A DNA stretch of 30,731 nucleotides from a virus (taxonomy: Duplodnaviria; Caudoviricetes). The notes beneath the pieces were generated by a model. The model had not been told where the DNA came from. It made no database searches and worked only from the letters and a program-made list of their open reading frames with translations. How positions within the stretch are numbered: position 1 is the stretch's first letter; each line of letters starts with the position of its first letter. The translations under genes were made by a program, and so were the position numbers. Positions 17,111 through 24,745 of this stretch are shown one piece after another. The DNA lies in the IMG/VR virus record IMGVR_UViG_3300025621_001499, positions 1 through 30,731 of that record. The stretch is one strand, 5' to 3'.

Positions 17111-17779
17111 ATGTCGACCGTCATCTATGTCGCCATCGTCGAGGGAAACCAGGACGCGGGCTACGCCGCCTTCTTTCCCGACCTGCCCGGCTGCGTCACC
17201 GCCGCCGAGACCATGGTCGAACTGCCCGCCGCTGCGCGCGACGCGCTCAGCCTGCACCTGCAGGGCATGGCCGAGGACGGCGACGCCTTTCCCGCCGCGA
17301 CGGCCCTCGAGGACATCAAGGGCGATCCCGAGGTGAAGGAGATCGGCCGCATGCTGGTCGATGCCGACGTCGAGGACGCTCCGGTCCGCGTCAACATCTC
17401 GATCGGCGCCCAGTTTCTGAAGCGGGTCGACGTCGCGGCCGAAGCGCGTGGCATGAGCCGGTCGGGCTTCCTGATCGAGGGCGCTCGGGCCCTCATGGAG
17501 CCGCGCGCGGTTGCCACCCACTTCGATGCTTTCAGGGAACAGCTGGTCGAGCGCATGGAAGCCCTGGATCACGATGTCGGGGTCATGATCGACGCCGGCG
17601 CTGCTAAGCATTTCAGCGAGATCGTTCCGGCTGAAATCAAGCAGCACGGTAAGGTCCCGGCCTACTACATGTTCAAGCCGATACTGACGGACAGCATGTA
17701 TGCAAAGGGATGCGTGATCACGGGCGGTGCCAAACATCCCATCCGCAAGCTGCCGCGTCATATTCGAAGCTGGAAATAG
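17111..17779 (+). CDS. hicB: HicB family antitoxin with a C-terminal extension
   Basis: 'YAAFFPDLPGCVTAAET', RHH 'VRVNISI...GMSRSGFL', then about 90 extra residues; AAGGAG RBS. Confidence 0.92.
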   Translation: MSTVIYVAIVEGNQDAGYAAFFPDLPGCVTAAETMVELPAAARDALSLHLQGMAEDGDAFPAATALEDIKGDPEVKEIGRMLVDADVEDAPVRVNISIGAQFLKRVDVAAEARGMSRSGFLIEGARALMEPRAVATHFDAFREQLVERMEALDHDVGVMIDAGAAKHFSEIVPAEIKQHGKVPAYYMFKPILTDSMYAKGCVITGGAKHPIRKLPRHIRSWK

Positions 17780-17796
17780 ATCGGCCGGCGAACGCA

Positions 17797-18612
17797 TCAC
17801 GCCACCCCCGCCAGCTCGAGCTGCGACGACGGCGTCTCGCCCGCGAAGACGGCCCGATCGTCGGCCTGCGTCAGTCGCGACTGCGTGCCGGGCGGGATCA
17901 GGCGCTCGAGCGTGCACTCCATCGACCACGCCGACCGGATCGCGCCCTCGAAGGGCGAGGCGGCCAGCGCCTCCGGCTTCATCCAGAAGAACCAGGCATA
18001 GGCCGAGGCGGACGACAGGTCCGGGTTCCAGCTGCCCAGCTGCATCGGCACGCGCTCGCTGAATGGCGCGGTCAGGACCTTGCGGCACATCAGCGGGTGC
18101 CGGCCGACCGACTCCACGAAGGCCAGCCGACACAGCAGGGCGACACCGCGCCTCGCGACCTGATAGCCCTTGGCCGCAAAAGCCTCGGCCTTCGCAAACG
18201 GCGGATTGGTGATCACCCAGTCGACCTTCGGGCACGACGTCCCGTCGAAATCGCCACGCGGAAAGTCGCCCAGGAATGTCGGGCGGTTCGGCCCGCCGTA
18301 GTCGTGCACGTCTGTCCGCCAGACGCCGCCCTCGAAATAGCTTTCCAGCGGCACGGCGCAGTGCCCCTCGCCGCTGGCAGGTTCCCAGGCCGTGCGCGCC
18401 TCCGGATCGAGCATGCGGACCAGCTCGCCGCCGGCACGCGCCGCCCAGGGCGGCGTGGGAAAGTAGTTCAGCGCGCGAAACAGCGCCGTCTCTGGATCGT
18501 CGCCCTCGACGACCTGGCCAGCATGCCCGGCCATTACGGCTGATCCGCCGAACGGCAGGGACACGGCGGCTGGCGGTCGCCGCGGTGTCTTGGCCTTCAC
18601 ATGCGTGCTCAT
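17797..18612 (-). CDS. Orphan amino (N6A/N4C) DNA methyltransferase
   Basis: 'YFPTPPW', motif I 'WEPASGEG', motif IV 'ITNPPF', 'AYAWFFW'; start set at MSTHVK. Confidence 0.85.
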   Translation of the reverse strand: MSTHVKAKTPRRPPAAVSLPFGGSAVMAGHAGQVVEGDDPETALFRALNYFPTPPWAARAGGELVRMLDPEARTAWEPASGEGHCAVPLESYFEGGVWRTDVHDYGGPNRPTFLGDFPRGDFDGTSCPKVDWVITNPPFAKAEAFAAKGYQVARRGVALLCRLAFVESVGRHPLMCRKVLTAPFSERVPMQLGSWNPDLSSASAYAWFFWMKPEALAASPFEGAIRSAWSMECTLERLIPPGTQSRLTQADDRAVFAGETPSSQLELAGVA

Positions 18613-19022
18613 CCGGCGGCCCGCCGCTCGACGCGGGCTTTCAGGACCTCGACCATGCCCGGGGCGATGGACCAGCCCTGGCCCCAATGGGTGACCACGG
18701 CACCCTCGATACCGCGTTCGCGCAGGGCCTTGCGGATCTTGCAGATGTAGACCGAAACGATCTTGTTATGGACCTCATCGCCCCGGGTACCCATCAGGGA
18801 AACTCCGCGCGTAATCGACAGCAGTCGCCCCTCCAGCTCGACCAGCGCCAGCAACAGGCGGGTCGCCTGGCTGGTCAAGCCGAACGCGGTCCTCCAGTCC
18901 AGAAGCTGCTGCGACGCCAGCACCGCCTCGGCTTCGCGCCGATCATGGTCCCGCCAGGCCTGCAGCTCATCCGCCAGCTCAGCCTTCTCCCGCTGCAGTC
19001 TTTCGCAGGCTGAACACGTCAC
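18609..19022 (-). CDS. OmpR/PhoB-type winged-helix protein resembling the CtrA DNA-binding domain; no receiver domain
   Basis: 'NKIVSVYICKIRKAL...VTHWGQGW'; GTG start overlaps the upstream stop. Confidence 0.8.
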   Translation of the reverse strand: MTCSACERLQREKAELADELQAWRDHDRREAEAVLASQQLLDWRTAFGLTSQATRLLLALVELEGRLLSITRGVSLMGTRGDEVHNKIVSVYICKIRKALRERGIEGAVVTHWGQGWSIAPGMVEVLKARVERRAAG

Positions 19023-19705
19023 GCCCGCACCTCGACAGGATCCAGCGTGTTCAGCAGATCGACAGGACAGACGTCGAACAGTTCGGCGACCTCGCCATCG
19101 TCCCATCCGGCTTCGAGAAAGTGCGAGGCCCAGCTGGCAATGCGGGGGCTGACCGGCTTCAGGCGTGACACCGTGCCCGCGCGGCGACCGGCCGATGGGC
19201 GCGCGGCCTCGTAGGACCGCCGATCCGGGCGGCTTACCTTGCGGGTGGGCCGTGACGCCTTGACCGCAGACGCCGGCGCAGGGCTCTGACCATGACAAGG
19301 CGAAGATGGGGCCTCACCCGCCGCATCCTGGACGACAACGGGCTTACGCGCAGGATGAACCTGCGCCGCCGCGGGCTGCGGGGAGGGGGTCGTTCCTTTC
19401 GGCAGCTCGGCCAGCCCAGCCACCTGCAGCGCCTCGGAGACGTCCAGCAGCTGATCAGGCGTGATGTCCGCCTTGGCCAGCATCGACGGGGCCAGTTCCT
19501 GCGATGCGATCTTGAACATCGGCGCGATCGCCGTGCGCGTGACCTGCAGCCGCGCCACACAGGCCGCCGCAGCCAGCATCCGGACCCGTCGGCTGGCCGT
19601 CGTCCCGGCATAGATGGCCAGCGGATCGACGCCGCGCACCCGCGCCGCCGCCACCAGGGCCGTCGCCATATGCGCGGCCGTCAGCATCCCCCCCAGGGTG
19701 GTCAT
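19019..19705 (-). CDS. Hypothetical protein with a C-terminal HTH-like domain
   Basis: ATGA-coupled start (MTTLGG); C-terminus 'WASHFLEAGWDDGEVAELFDV'. Confidence 0.7.
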   Translation of the reverse strand: MTTLGGMLTAAHMATALVAAARVRGVDPLAIYAGTTASRRVRMLAAAACVARLQVTRTAIAPMFKIASQELAPSMLAKADITPDQLLDVSEALQVAGLAELPKGTTPSPQPAAAQVHPARKPVVVQDAAGEAPSSPCHGQSPAPASAVKASRPTRKVSRPDRRSYEAARPSAGRRAGTVSRLKPVSPRIASWASHFLEAGWDDGEVAELFDVCPVDLLNTLDPVEVRA

Positions 19706-20052
19706 CCGTCGATGTCCTTGCGTTGGCGACCTTCGGAGACCTCCAGGGCCTCCCGACAGGTCGCAGTGAGTATCTTCAGCTGGTCCAGCGCCCCCGCCCG
19801 CTCGCTGCCCGGGACCTTCAGCCATCCGCAGCCCAGCCGGGCCAGGTCGACGAAGGCGCTGCCGGTGTGCTGATGCCCGACCGGCGCGATGGCCTTGCAG
19901 GCCTTCTCGGCGGCGATAACGAACGGCAATCCGACGTCGTCAGGCCGTTTCAGCACCCGCTCGGCCCGGCTCAGCAATCGGCCCCAGACCCTGAGGTCCT
20001 TTTCTGACGGCCGAGGTGCGACACCCCGTCGGAACGCGTGGCGGTGGGTCAC
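19702..20052 (-). CDS. Hypothetical phage protein
   Basis: GTGA and ATGA overlaps on both sides; ends 'RKDIDG'. Confidence 0.65.
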   Translation of the reverse strand: MTHRHAFRRGVAPRPSEKDLRVWGRLLSRAERVLKRPDDVGLPFVIAAEKACKAIAPVGHQHTGSAFVDLARLGCGWLKVPGSERAGALDQLKILTATCREALEVSEGRQRKDIDG

Positions 20053-20237
20053 GACGGACCCCCGTCGCTGCCGGTGGCCGTCAGGGATGATGCCCGCTGC
20101 CGGGCCAGGCCCGGGTTGAGCCACTCATCTTCGCGCACGATCCGCCCGGCCAGGCGTCGGCTCGTTTCGAGCGACGTTTCGGCCCATGGCGCATCGGCCT
20201 GAGTGGCCGTGCTGGCATTCGGTTCAACGTCGGTCAT
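20049..20237 (-). CDS. Small hypothetical protein
   Basis: 62 aa; 4-nt overlaps with both neighbours. Confidence 0.55.
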   Translation of the reverse strand: MTDVEPNASTATQADAPWAETSLETSRRLAGRIVREDEWLNPGLARQRASSLTATGSDGGPS

Positions 20238-20677
20238 GTGCGCCCCCGGATCAGGCCGTCCAGCGCCCCCGCGACGTCGCGCAGCTCCGCCTGGGCGGTT
20301 TCCAGCAGTCCGGCGATCTCGCCCGCCTCGCGGGCGTTGATCTGGCCGTCGTCGGACAGGGCCGCGCGGATGCGGCCGAACAAGGCACCTGCCGCCTCAA
20401 TGACGTCGCCGGCTTCATCGCGCAGCTCGCCGGGGACGACGGTCGCCGGACGGGCCTCGACCATGGCCCGGCTGACGATCGGATCGCCGCAATAGGCTTC
20501 CAGGCAGGCCACGATGTCGATCGGCAGCATGTCGGGAAGCCCGGCCGTCTGGCACCGGCTCAGATGCTGGACCGAATAGTTGCGCGCGCCCTCGGCACAG
20601 GCCCGCGAGGCCTCCGTCAGGCCACCGCAAGCCGCGATCAACGTCCGCGTCTTCGCCTTGAGCCAAAGTGTGCTCAC
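20234..20677 (-). CDS. CII-like phage regulatory protein
   Basis: Directly after cro; 'LIAACGG...MLPIDIVACLE...G.PIVS' and 'ALSDDGQINAREA'. Confidence 0.7.
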   Translation of the reverse strand: MSTLWLKAKTRTLIAACGGLTEASRACAEGARNYSVQHLSRCQTAGLPDMLPIDIVACLEAYCGDPIVSRAMVEARPATVVPGELRDEAGDVIEAAGALFGRIRAALSDDGQINAREAGEIAGLLETAQAELRDVAGALDGLIRGRT

Positions 20678-20985
20678 GACGCCACCTCTGTTCGCGAGAT
20701 GTTCGCAGCGGGATTCACGGCGCCATGACCGGATGAGGCGTCCACTGTGGAGCCTTCAGAGGGAGGGCGAGCGATGTCAGCAGGCCAATCGGCGTCAGAA
20801 GGCCAGTTCGAGGAAAGCCAGCGCATGGCTTGCTCGTGGCGGCGAACCTGTATGTCCCGACCTTGGGTGAGATGCCGCAGCTTCTTGCTGTCGCCAAAGA
20901 GCCGCCAGCTGACCGTGGTCAGATCAAGCTTCTCGGCGTCGGCGTAGGCGCGCGCGACCGTGACGAGCTGTGTGATTCCATCCAT
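20674..20985 (-). CDS. Cro-like repressor
   Basis: Divergent from CI; 'TTVSWRLFGDSKKL...WLSSNWP...WPADIARP'. Confidence 0.8.
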   Translation of the reverse strand: MDGITQLVTVARAYADAEKLDLTTVSWRLFGDSKKLRHLTQGRDIQVRRHEQAMRWLSSNWPSDADWPADIARPPSEGSTVDASSGHGAVNPAANISRTEVAS

Positions 20986-20996
20986 GTCGCGTGTGT

Positions 20997-21070
20997 GCGG
21001 TAGTTCTACCTTGTTCGTCAACGGTGATCTTACCGCTACATCTTCTTTTCCCTCGCGGTCATTCTACCGC
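20997..21070. promoter_or_regulatory. Three OR-like operators between cro and cI, with PR -35
   Basis: GCGGTAGTTCTACCTT (20997), ACGGTGATCTTACCGC (21021), GCGGTCATTCTACCGC (21055); TTGACG on the minus strand at 21021-21016. Confidence 0.85.
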
Positions 21071-21685
21071 ATGGCCTTGAATGACGTTGTCAAAAGGGTT
21101 CACGCGCGGCTGCGGGAACTTGATCTATCCGCCCAGGGGGCCTCGAAAGCCGCAGGGCTGAGTGCCGATGCCATCCGCAACATGGAGCGCGCAGCTCGCG
21201 ACGGAAGCCGCCAAGGCGTGTCCACCCGGACCGTTGCAGCGCTCGCGCCCGTGCTGAAAACGTCCGTGGGCTGGTTGCTCGACGGGGTAGGCGAAGATGG
21301 TACGACCGATTCTGTCCCAGTGGTCGGCTATGTCGGAGCCGGAGCCCTGGCAATCATGTTCAGCGAAGGGCAGGGGCCCTTCGATATGGTACCAGCGCCG
21401 GACGGCAGCACGGATGACACGGTCGCTTGCGAGATCCGCGGCGAGTCGCTCGGGCCGCTGTTCGACCAGTGGCTGGTCTTCTACGACGACGTGCGCACGC
21501 CGGTCACGCCAGACCTGATCGGTCACCTTTGCGTCGTCGGCCTTCCAGATGGTCGGGTCTTGGTCAAACGCCTACAGAAGGCAGCCGGCACCGGCTTCTT
21601 CCACCTGATTTCGAACACCGAAGGGCCGATCCTGGACCAGCCCGTCGACTGGGCTGCCAAGGTCAAGACCATGACGCCGCGCTAG
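21071..21685 (+). CDS. CI-like repressor, HTH plus S24 peptidase
   Basis: N-terminal HTH, 'VGAG' cleavage site, 'IRGESL' serine, 'LVKRL' lysine; no obvious RBS (possibly leaderless). Confidence 0.92.
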   Translation: MALNDVVKRVHARLRELDLSAQGASKAAGLSADAIRNMERAARDGSRQGVSTRTVAALAPVLKTSVGWLLDGVGEDGTTDSVPVVGYVGAGALAIMFSEGQGPFDMVPAPDGSTDDTVACEIRGESLGPLFDQWLVFYDDVRTPVTPDLIGHLCVVGLPDGRVLVKRLQKAAGTGFFHLISNTEGPILDQPVDWAAKVKTMTPR

Positions 21686-22470
21686 TCAGACACGACTTCG
21701 ATTTCGATGCCTTGGAGGCTCGCAAGGTTGATCAGCTCAACGATGAGCTGCGTTTCCTGCCCATCCTGAGCACCGTCAGCCTCGACAAGCGGGCCAAGCG
21801 TCGCAAGGAATAGCGGCAGAATCTGGCGGTCGTACCGCAGCATGAGTTCGAAAGTTGCTGCGAAGTCGCTGAGCGAAGGCGCGGCGCGATAGGCGAAATC
21901 TTCCAAGCTCTCCCGATCAGCCCGGTGCTTAGCGCCAGGTAAGGCGGCATGTATGAAGTCGCTTGTCACGCGCAGCTCGCCAGGGTGAACGTGGCCATCG
22001 ACGCGGGCGATCGTTACCAGCAGTCTGAGCGCGCGCTGTGCTGCCCGATAGGCCGGGCCTGGCAGAGGCAGCTGTTCTCGCGTGACGTCAGAAACAAACA
22101 GAGCGGCAGGGAGGCCCAGGCTTTCGCCCGTTTTGCTGCAGTACACCTCACGGATACGGTCAACGCGGAAAGTGCGGGATGCCTGGCGCTCAAGGCACCG
22201 GGCCTTCAGATAGGTTAGTGCGTCGACCGAATAGACTTGGTGGCAGATAATCCTGCGCTCGCTCGATATGCCGCTGCTGTCGTCGTAGCAGATAACAAAA
22301 CCACGCCCCTGAAGCGGGCTTGGCCCTTCCTCTGACATAGGTCGAGGCGACGGAGCGACCGGAGTCTCGAAAATATCGACAGCGGGCAGCGAAATTTTGC
22401 GCCCCGGAACGTCTGGACGTGGGTCGTCGACGGACCCACCACCCAAAGCTCGCAGCAGTTTGTCGAACAT
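21682..22470 (-). CDS. WYL-domain / TerB-like fusion protein
   Basis: 'YDDSSG..SERRI...YLKARCLERQASRTFRVDRI' (WYL); 'LVTIARVDGHVHPGE' and 'LVEADG...E' (TerB-like). Start set at MFDKLL. Confidence 0.85.
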   Translation of the reverse strand: MFDKLLRALGGGSVDDPRPDVPGRKISLPAVDIFETPVAPSPRPMSEEGPSPLQGRGFVICYDDSSGISSERRIICHQVYSVDALTYLKARCLERQASRTFRVDRIREVYCSKTGESLGLPAALFVSDVTREQLPLPGPAYRAAQRALRLLVTIARVDGHVHPGELRVTSDFIHAALPGAKHRADRESLEDFAYRAAPSLSDFAATFELMLRYDRQILPLFLATLGPLVEADGAQDGQETQLIVELINLASLQGIEIEVVSD

Positions 22471-22520
22471 AGCCAGACCCCTTGTGAGGCAAAGGTGACG
22501 AAGCCACGCATATGCGACAA

Positions 22521-22570
22521 ACGGTAGTGCTACCGTTTTACGCTTGACGCGGTAGAAATACCGCGACAAT
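22521..22570 (+). promoter_or_regulatory. Two OL-like operators and PL -35
   Basis: ACGGTAGTGCTACCGT (22521) and GCGGTAGAAATACCGC (22549); TTGACG at 22544. Confidence 0.85.
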
Positions 22571-22695
22571 GTCCCGACGTCCGCGCCGTTGGCCGGGGGA
22601 CCTCCACCCCCGCTCTTCGTGAGGGTGGAGGGGTGCCGACGCAGCATTCCGACACAGCCTTCGGCGCGGCGCCCCTCAACGGCGGAGCCGAGCCC

Positions 22696-23082
22696 ATGCC
22701 AAACTTCTTTTCCTTCACGCCCCAGGCCGATGCCCTGCAGCGCGACCTGCTGGCCGCACGACCGATCCCGGCCGACGACGTCGAGCGCGTCATCGTGCAG
22801 GCGCTGATGAACCGACCCATGCGGGACTTCGCCCTGGACGGCGTGGTGGTCATCGAGGACGGGCGCGCCCATCCGCGCATCCGGATCCGGATCGACGGCA
22901 CGGCCTGGGTGCTGGACACCCTGCAGGCTGTTCTTCTGGCCTCCACCGTTCGCAACCAGACCGACCTTCGTGGCGCGGGCCTCTTTGCCGACGCCTTCGT
23001 CATGGCCTCGCAGCAGGCGGAAGCCCGGCTGGAGCGCCACCACGCCTTCTGTGCCGCCATGCTGCAGCACGAGGAGGGCTGA
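22696..23082 (+). CDS. Hypothetical early protein
   Basis: GGAG RBS before MPNFFSF; first gene after PL. Confidence 0.7.
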   Translation: MPNFFSFTPQADALQRDLLAARPIPADDVERVIVQALMNRPMRDFALDGVVVIEDGRAHPRIRIRIDGTAWVLDTLQAVLLASTVRNQTDLRGAGLFADAFVMASQQAEARLERHHAFCAAMLQHEEG

Positions 23083-23646
23083 ATGCTCGCCGCCTCGCCC
23101 CAGTCCCCGTCTGCGTCGGTCGATGCCCAGGCAGGGCCGCTGGTCGTCAAGGGCGTCCGCTGCCCGAACGCCACCCGGGCCCAGGATCGCCGTTTCGCCC
23201 TGGGCTGGGACAAGCGCCAGTCGAACAGCGGGGGAGGGGCGCGCAAGCCGGAAACGACACCTGCAGACGCCCCGGCCCCCGATGGCGCACAGGCCCGACC
23301 AGACCCGCTCGCCACCCCCTCGCGCATCCAGGGAGATCTCGACCGCGACCCCTGGGACCGAACGTCCGAACAGGTCACGGCCGATGAAGCCTTGCTCAAG
23401 TCGGTCCAGGACTCGGTTGCCACAGGGTTCGTCGCTGGTGGACTGGCTGATGCAGAATCTTTCGGCATGCTCGGCGTCTTGTCGGCAGCAGTCGACAGCG
23501 ACGGCTGGGTCAACCTCCGCAACGCCGACGGTCTCACCCTCACCACCCTGACCATCGACGAACACAACGACCTTCCGGACGAGCGGGTTCGTGCACTGGA
23601 AATCTTGGTCGTCCGCGCCATCAACCACGTCGTGGGTGCGCAGTGA
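23083..23646 (+). CDS. Hypothetical early protein
   Basis: Abuts the upstream stop; GAGGAG RBS. Confidence 0.65.
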   Translation: MLAASPQSPSASVDAQAGPLVVKGVRCPNATRAQDRRFALGWDKRQSNSGGGARKPETTPADAPAPDGAQARPDPLATPSRIQGDLDRDPWDRTSEQVTADEALLKSVQDSVATGFVAGGLADAESFGMLGVLSAAVDSDGWVNLRNADGLTLTTLTIDEHNDLPDERVRALEILVVRAINHVVGAQ

Positions 23647-23840
23647 TGCGTCGCCCCACCCTCAGCGCCCAGGTCGACTGGGCCCGGGGCATGGCCCTGC
23701 AGCATGCCCGCATCGCCGCCCGAAATGCCCCGGCCAGCGCTGCCCGCCGGAAAGCCGAAGAGCGCGAAGCCATCGCCCGAGCGGCCGTCCGGACGCTCGA
23801 GGCCGAGGCCCGGGTCTCTCCCGTGGCAGAGGCGCGCTGA
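23643..23840 (+). CDS. Small Ala/Arg-rich hypothetical protein
   Basis: GTGATG and TGATG overlaps with its neighbours. Confidence 0.6.
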   Translation: MMRRPTLSAQVDWARGMALQHARIAARNAPASAARRKAEEREAIARAAVRTLEAEARVSPVAEAR

Positions 23841-24271
23841 TGCCCCGCCCCTGGTTCGAATCCATCCCCGCGCTCGCCGCTGCGGGCCACTCCCTGACAC
23901 TCGCCGCCACACGCGGCTCAGCCTGGACACATCCCATGGTCGATACAGCCCATTTCGCCTTCCTCGCACGCCTGGACCCAGTCACCAAGCCGGTCGTCTT
24001 CTCTGACATCCAGTCCCTGGCCCGACACATCGACCGCCGCAGCGAGAACTGCGCCCTGCAGCTGGAAGAGGTCGAGGACCTGCAGTTCGCCGGCGTCGAC
24101 GGCCTCCACCGCGGCGTCCAGGTCTGGCGTCTGGACATGTCCAACGACCGCGACGTCAGCCTCGGCTATGCCTGGCTGAAGGGCAGGGGCCGCGAAATGC
24201 TCGACCCGGCCCTCCGCGACGCCCGTCGCCAAGCCCAGCGCAACGCCCAGGCTGATCGGCGGACGGCGTGA
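23840..24271 (+). CDS. Hypothetical early protein
   Basis: TGATG-coupled start (MPRPWF); GC3-rich codons. Confidence 0.65.
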   Translation: MPRPWFESIPALAAAGHSLTLAATRGSAWTHPMVDTAHFAFLARLDPVTKPVVFSDIQSLARHIDRRSENCALQLEEVEDLQFAGVDGLHRGVQVWRLDMSNDRDVSLGYAWLKGRGREMLDPALRDARRQAQRNAQADRRTA

Positions 24272-24573
24272 TCGACATGACGACGCTTTCCCCCGCCACC
24301 AGGCCGAGGCAGGGCCAGGCCGTTTCCGGCGGACGCTGGCATCGCCTGCTGTCCGCCCTTCATACCGGCCCCGCCAATCTCGGCGAGCTGGTGCGCGCGA
24401 CCGACCCGAAGCTCTATCCACACAAGGTCGAGCGCCGGAAGGTCAGGCGCGCTCTGATGGACATGGCCGATGCGCAGCTGGTCCAGAAGATGCCGCCCTG
24501 GGGCTGGATCACGACACCGCAGGGCCTCCACACCCTGGCCCGCCTCGACGGCGACCGGGAGCGGGCCGCATGA
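24268..24573 (+). CDS. Winged-helix-like hypothetical protein
   Basis: 'RLLSAL...ELVR...VRRALMDM...LV...W.TTPQG' pattern; coupled on both sides. Confidence 0.65.
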   Translation: MIDMTTLSPATRPRQGQAVSGGRWHRLLSALHTGPANLGELVRATDPKLYPHKVERRKVRRALMDMADAQLVQKMPPWGWITTPQGLHTLARLDGDRERAA

Positions 24574-24719
24574 GGGCGCTCGACCCCATCCCGGGCCGCA
24601 GCCCCCGACTTGTCGACTGGGCCCAGGCCTTCCGCCGCGCCGGATGGCCGCTGCGCCGCATCGCCGACCTCTTCGACATCGATCCCACTCACTTGAAGGA
24701 CGCTGGAGTCCAGCCATGA
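24570..24719 (+). CDS. 49-aa HTH-like protein (MRALDPIP...RAGWPLRRIADLFDIDP...)
   Basis: Translated by hand; ATGA overlaps at both ends. Not in the ORF track. Confidence 0.7.
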   Translation: MRALDPIPGRSPRLVDWAQAFRRAGWPLRRIADLFDIDPTHLKDAGVQP

Positions 24720-24745
24720 CACTCGATGGAGTCAGGCGGCACCTT

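Noticed and set aside
21682-23628. 648-aa ORF as a single protein
   Set aside because: The first ~386 codons are antisense to well-coupled plus-strand genes and cross the OL operators. Only the part from MFDKLL (22470) has recognisable domains.
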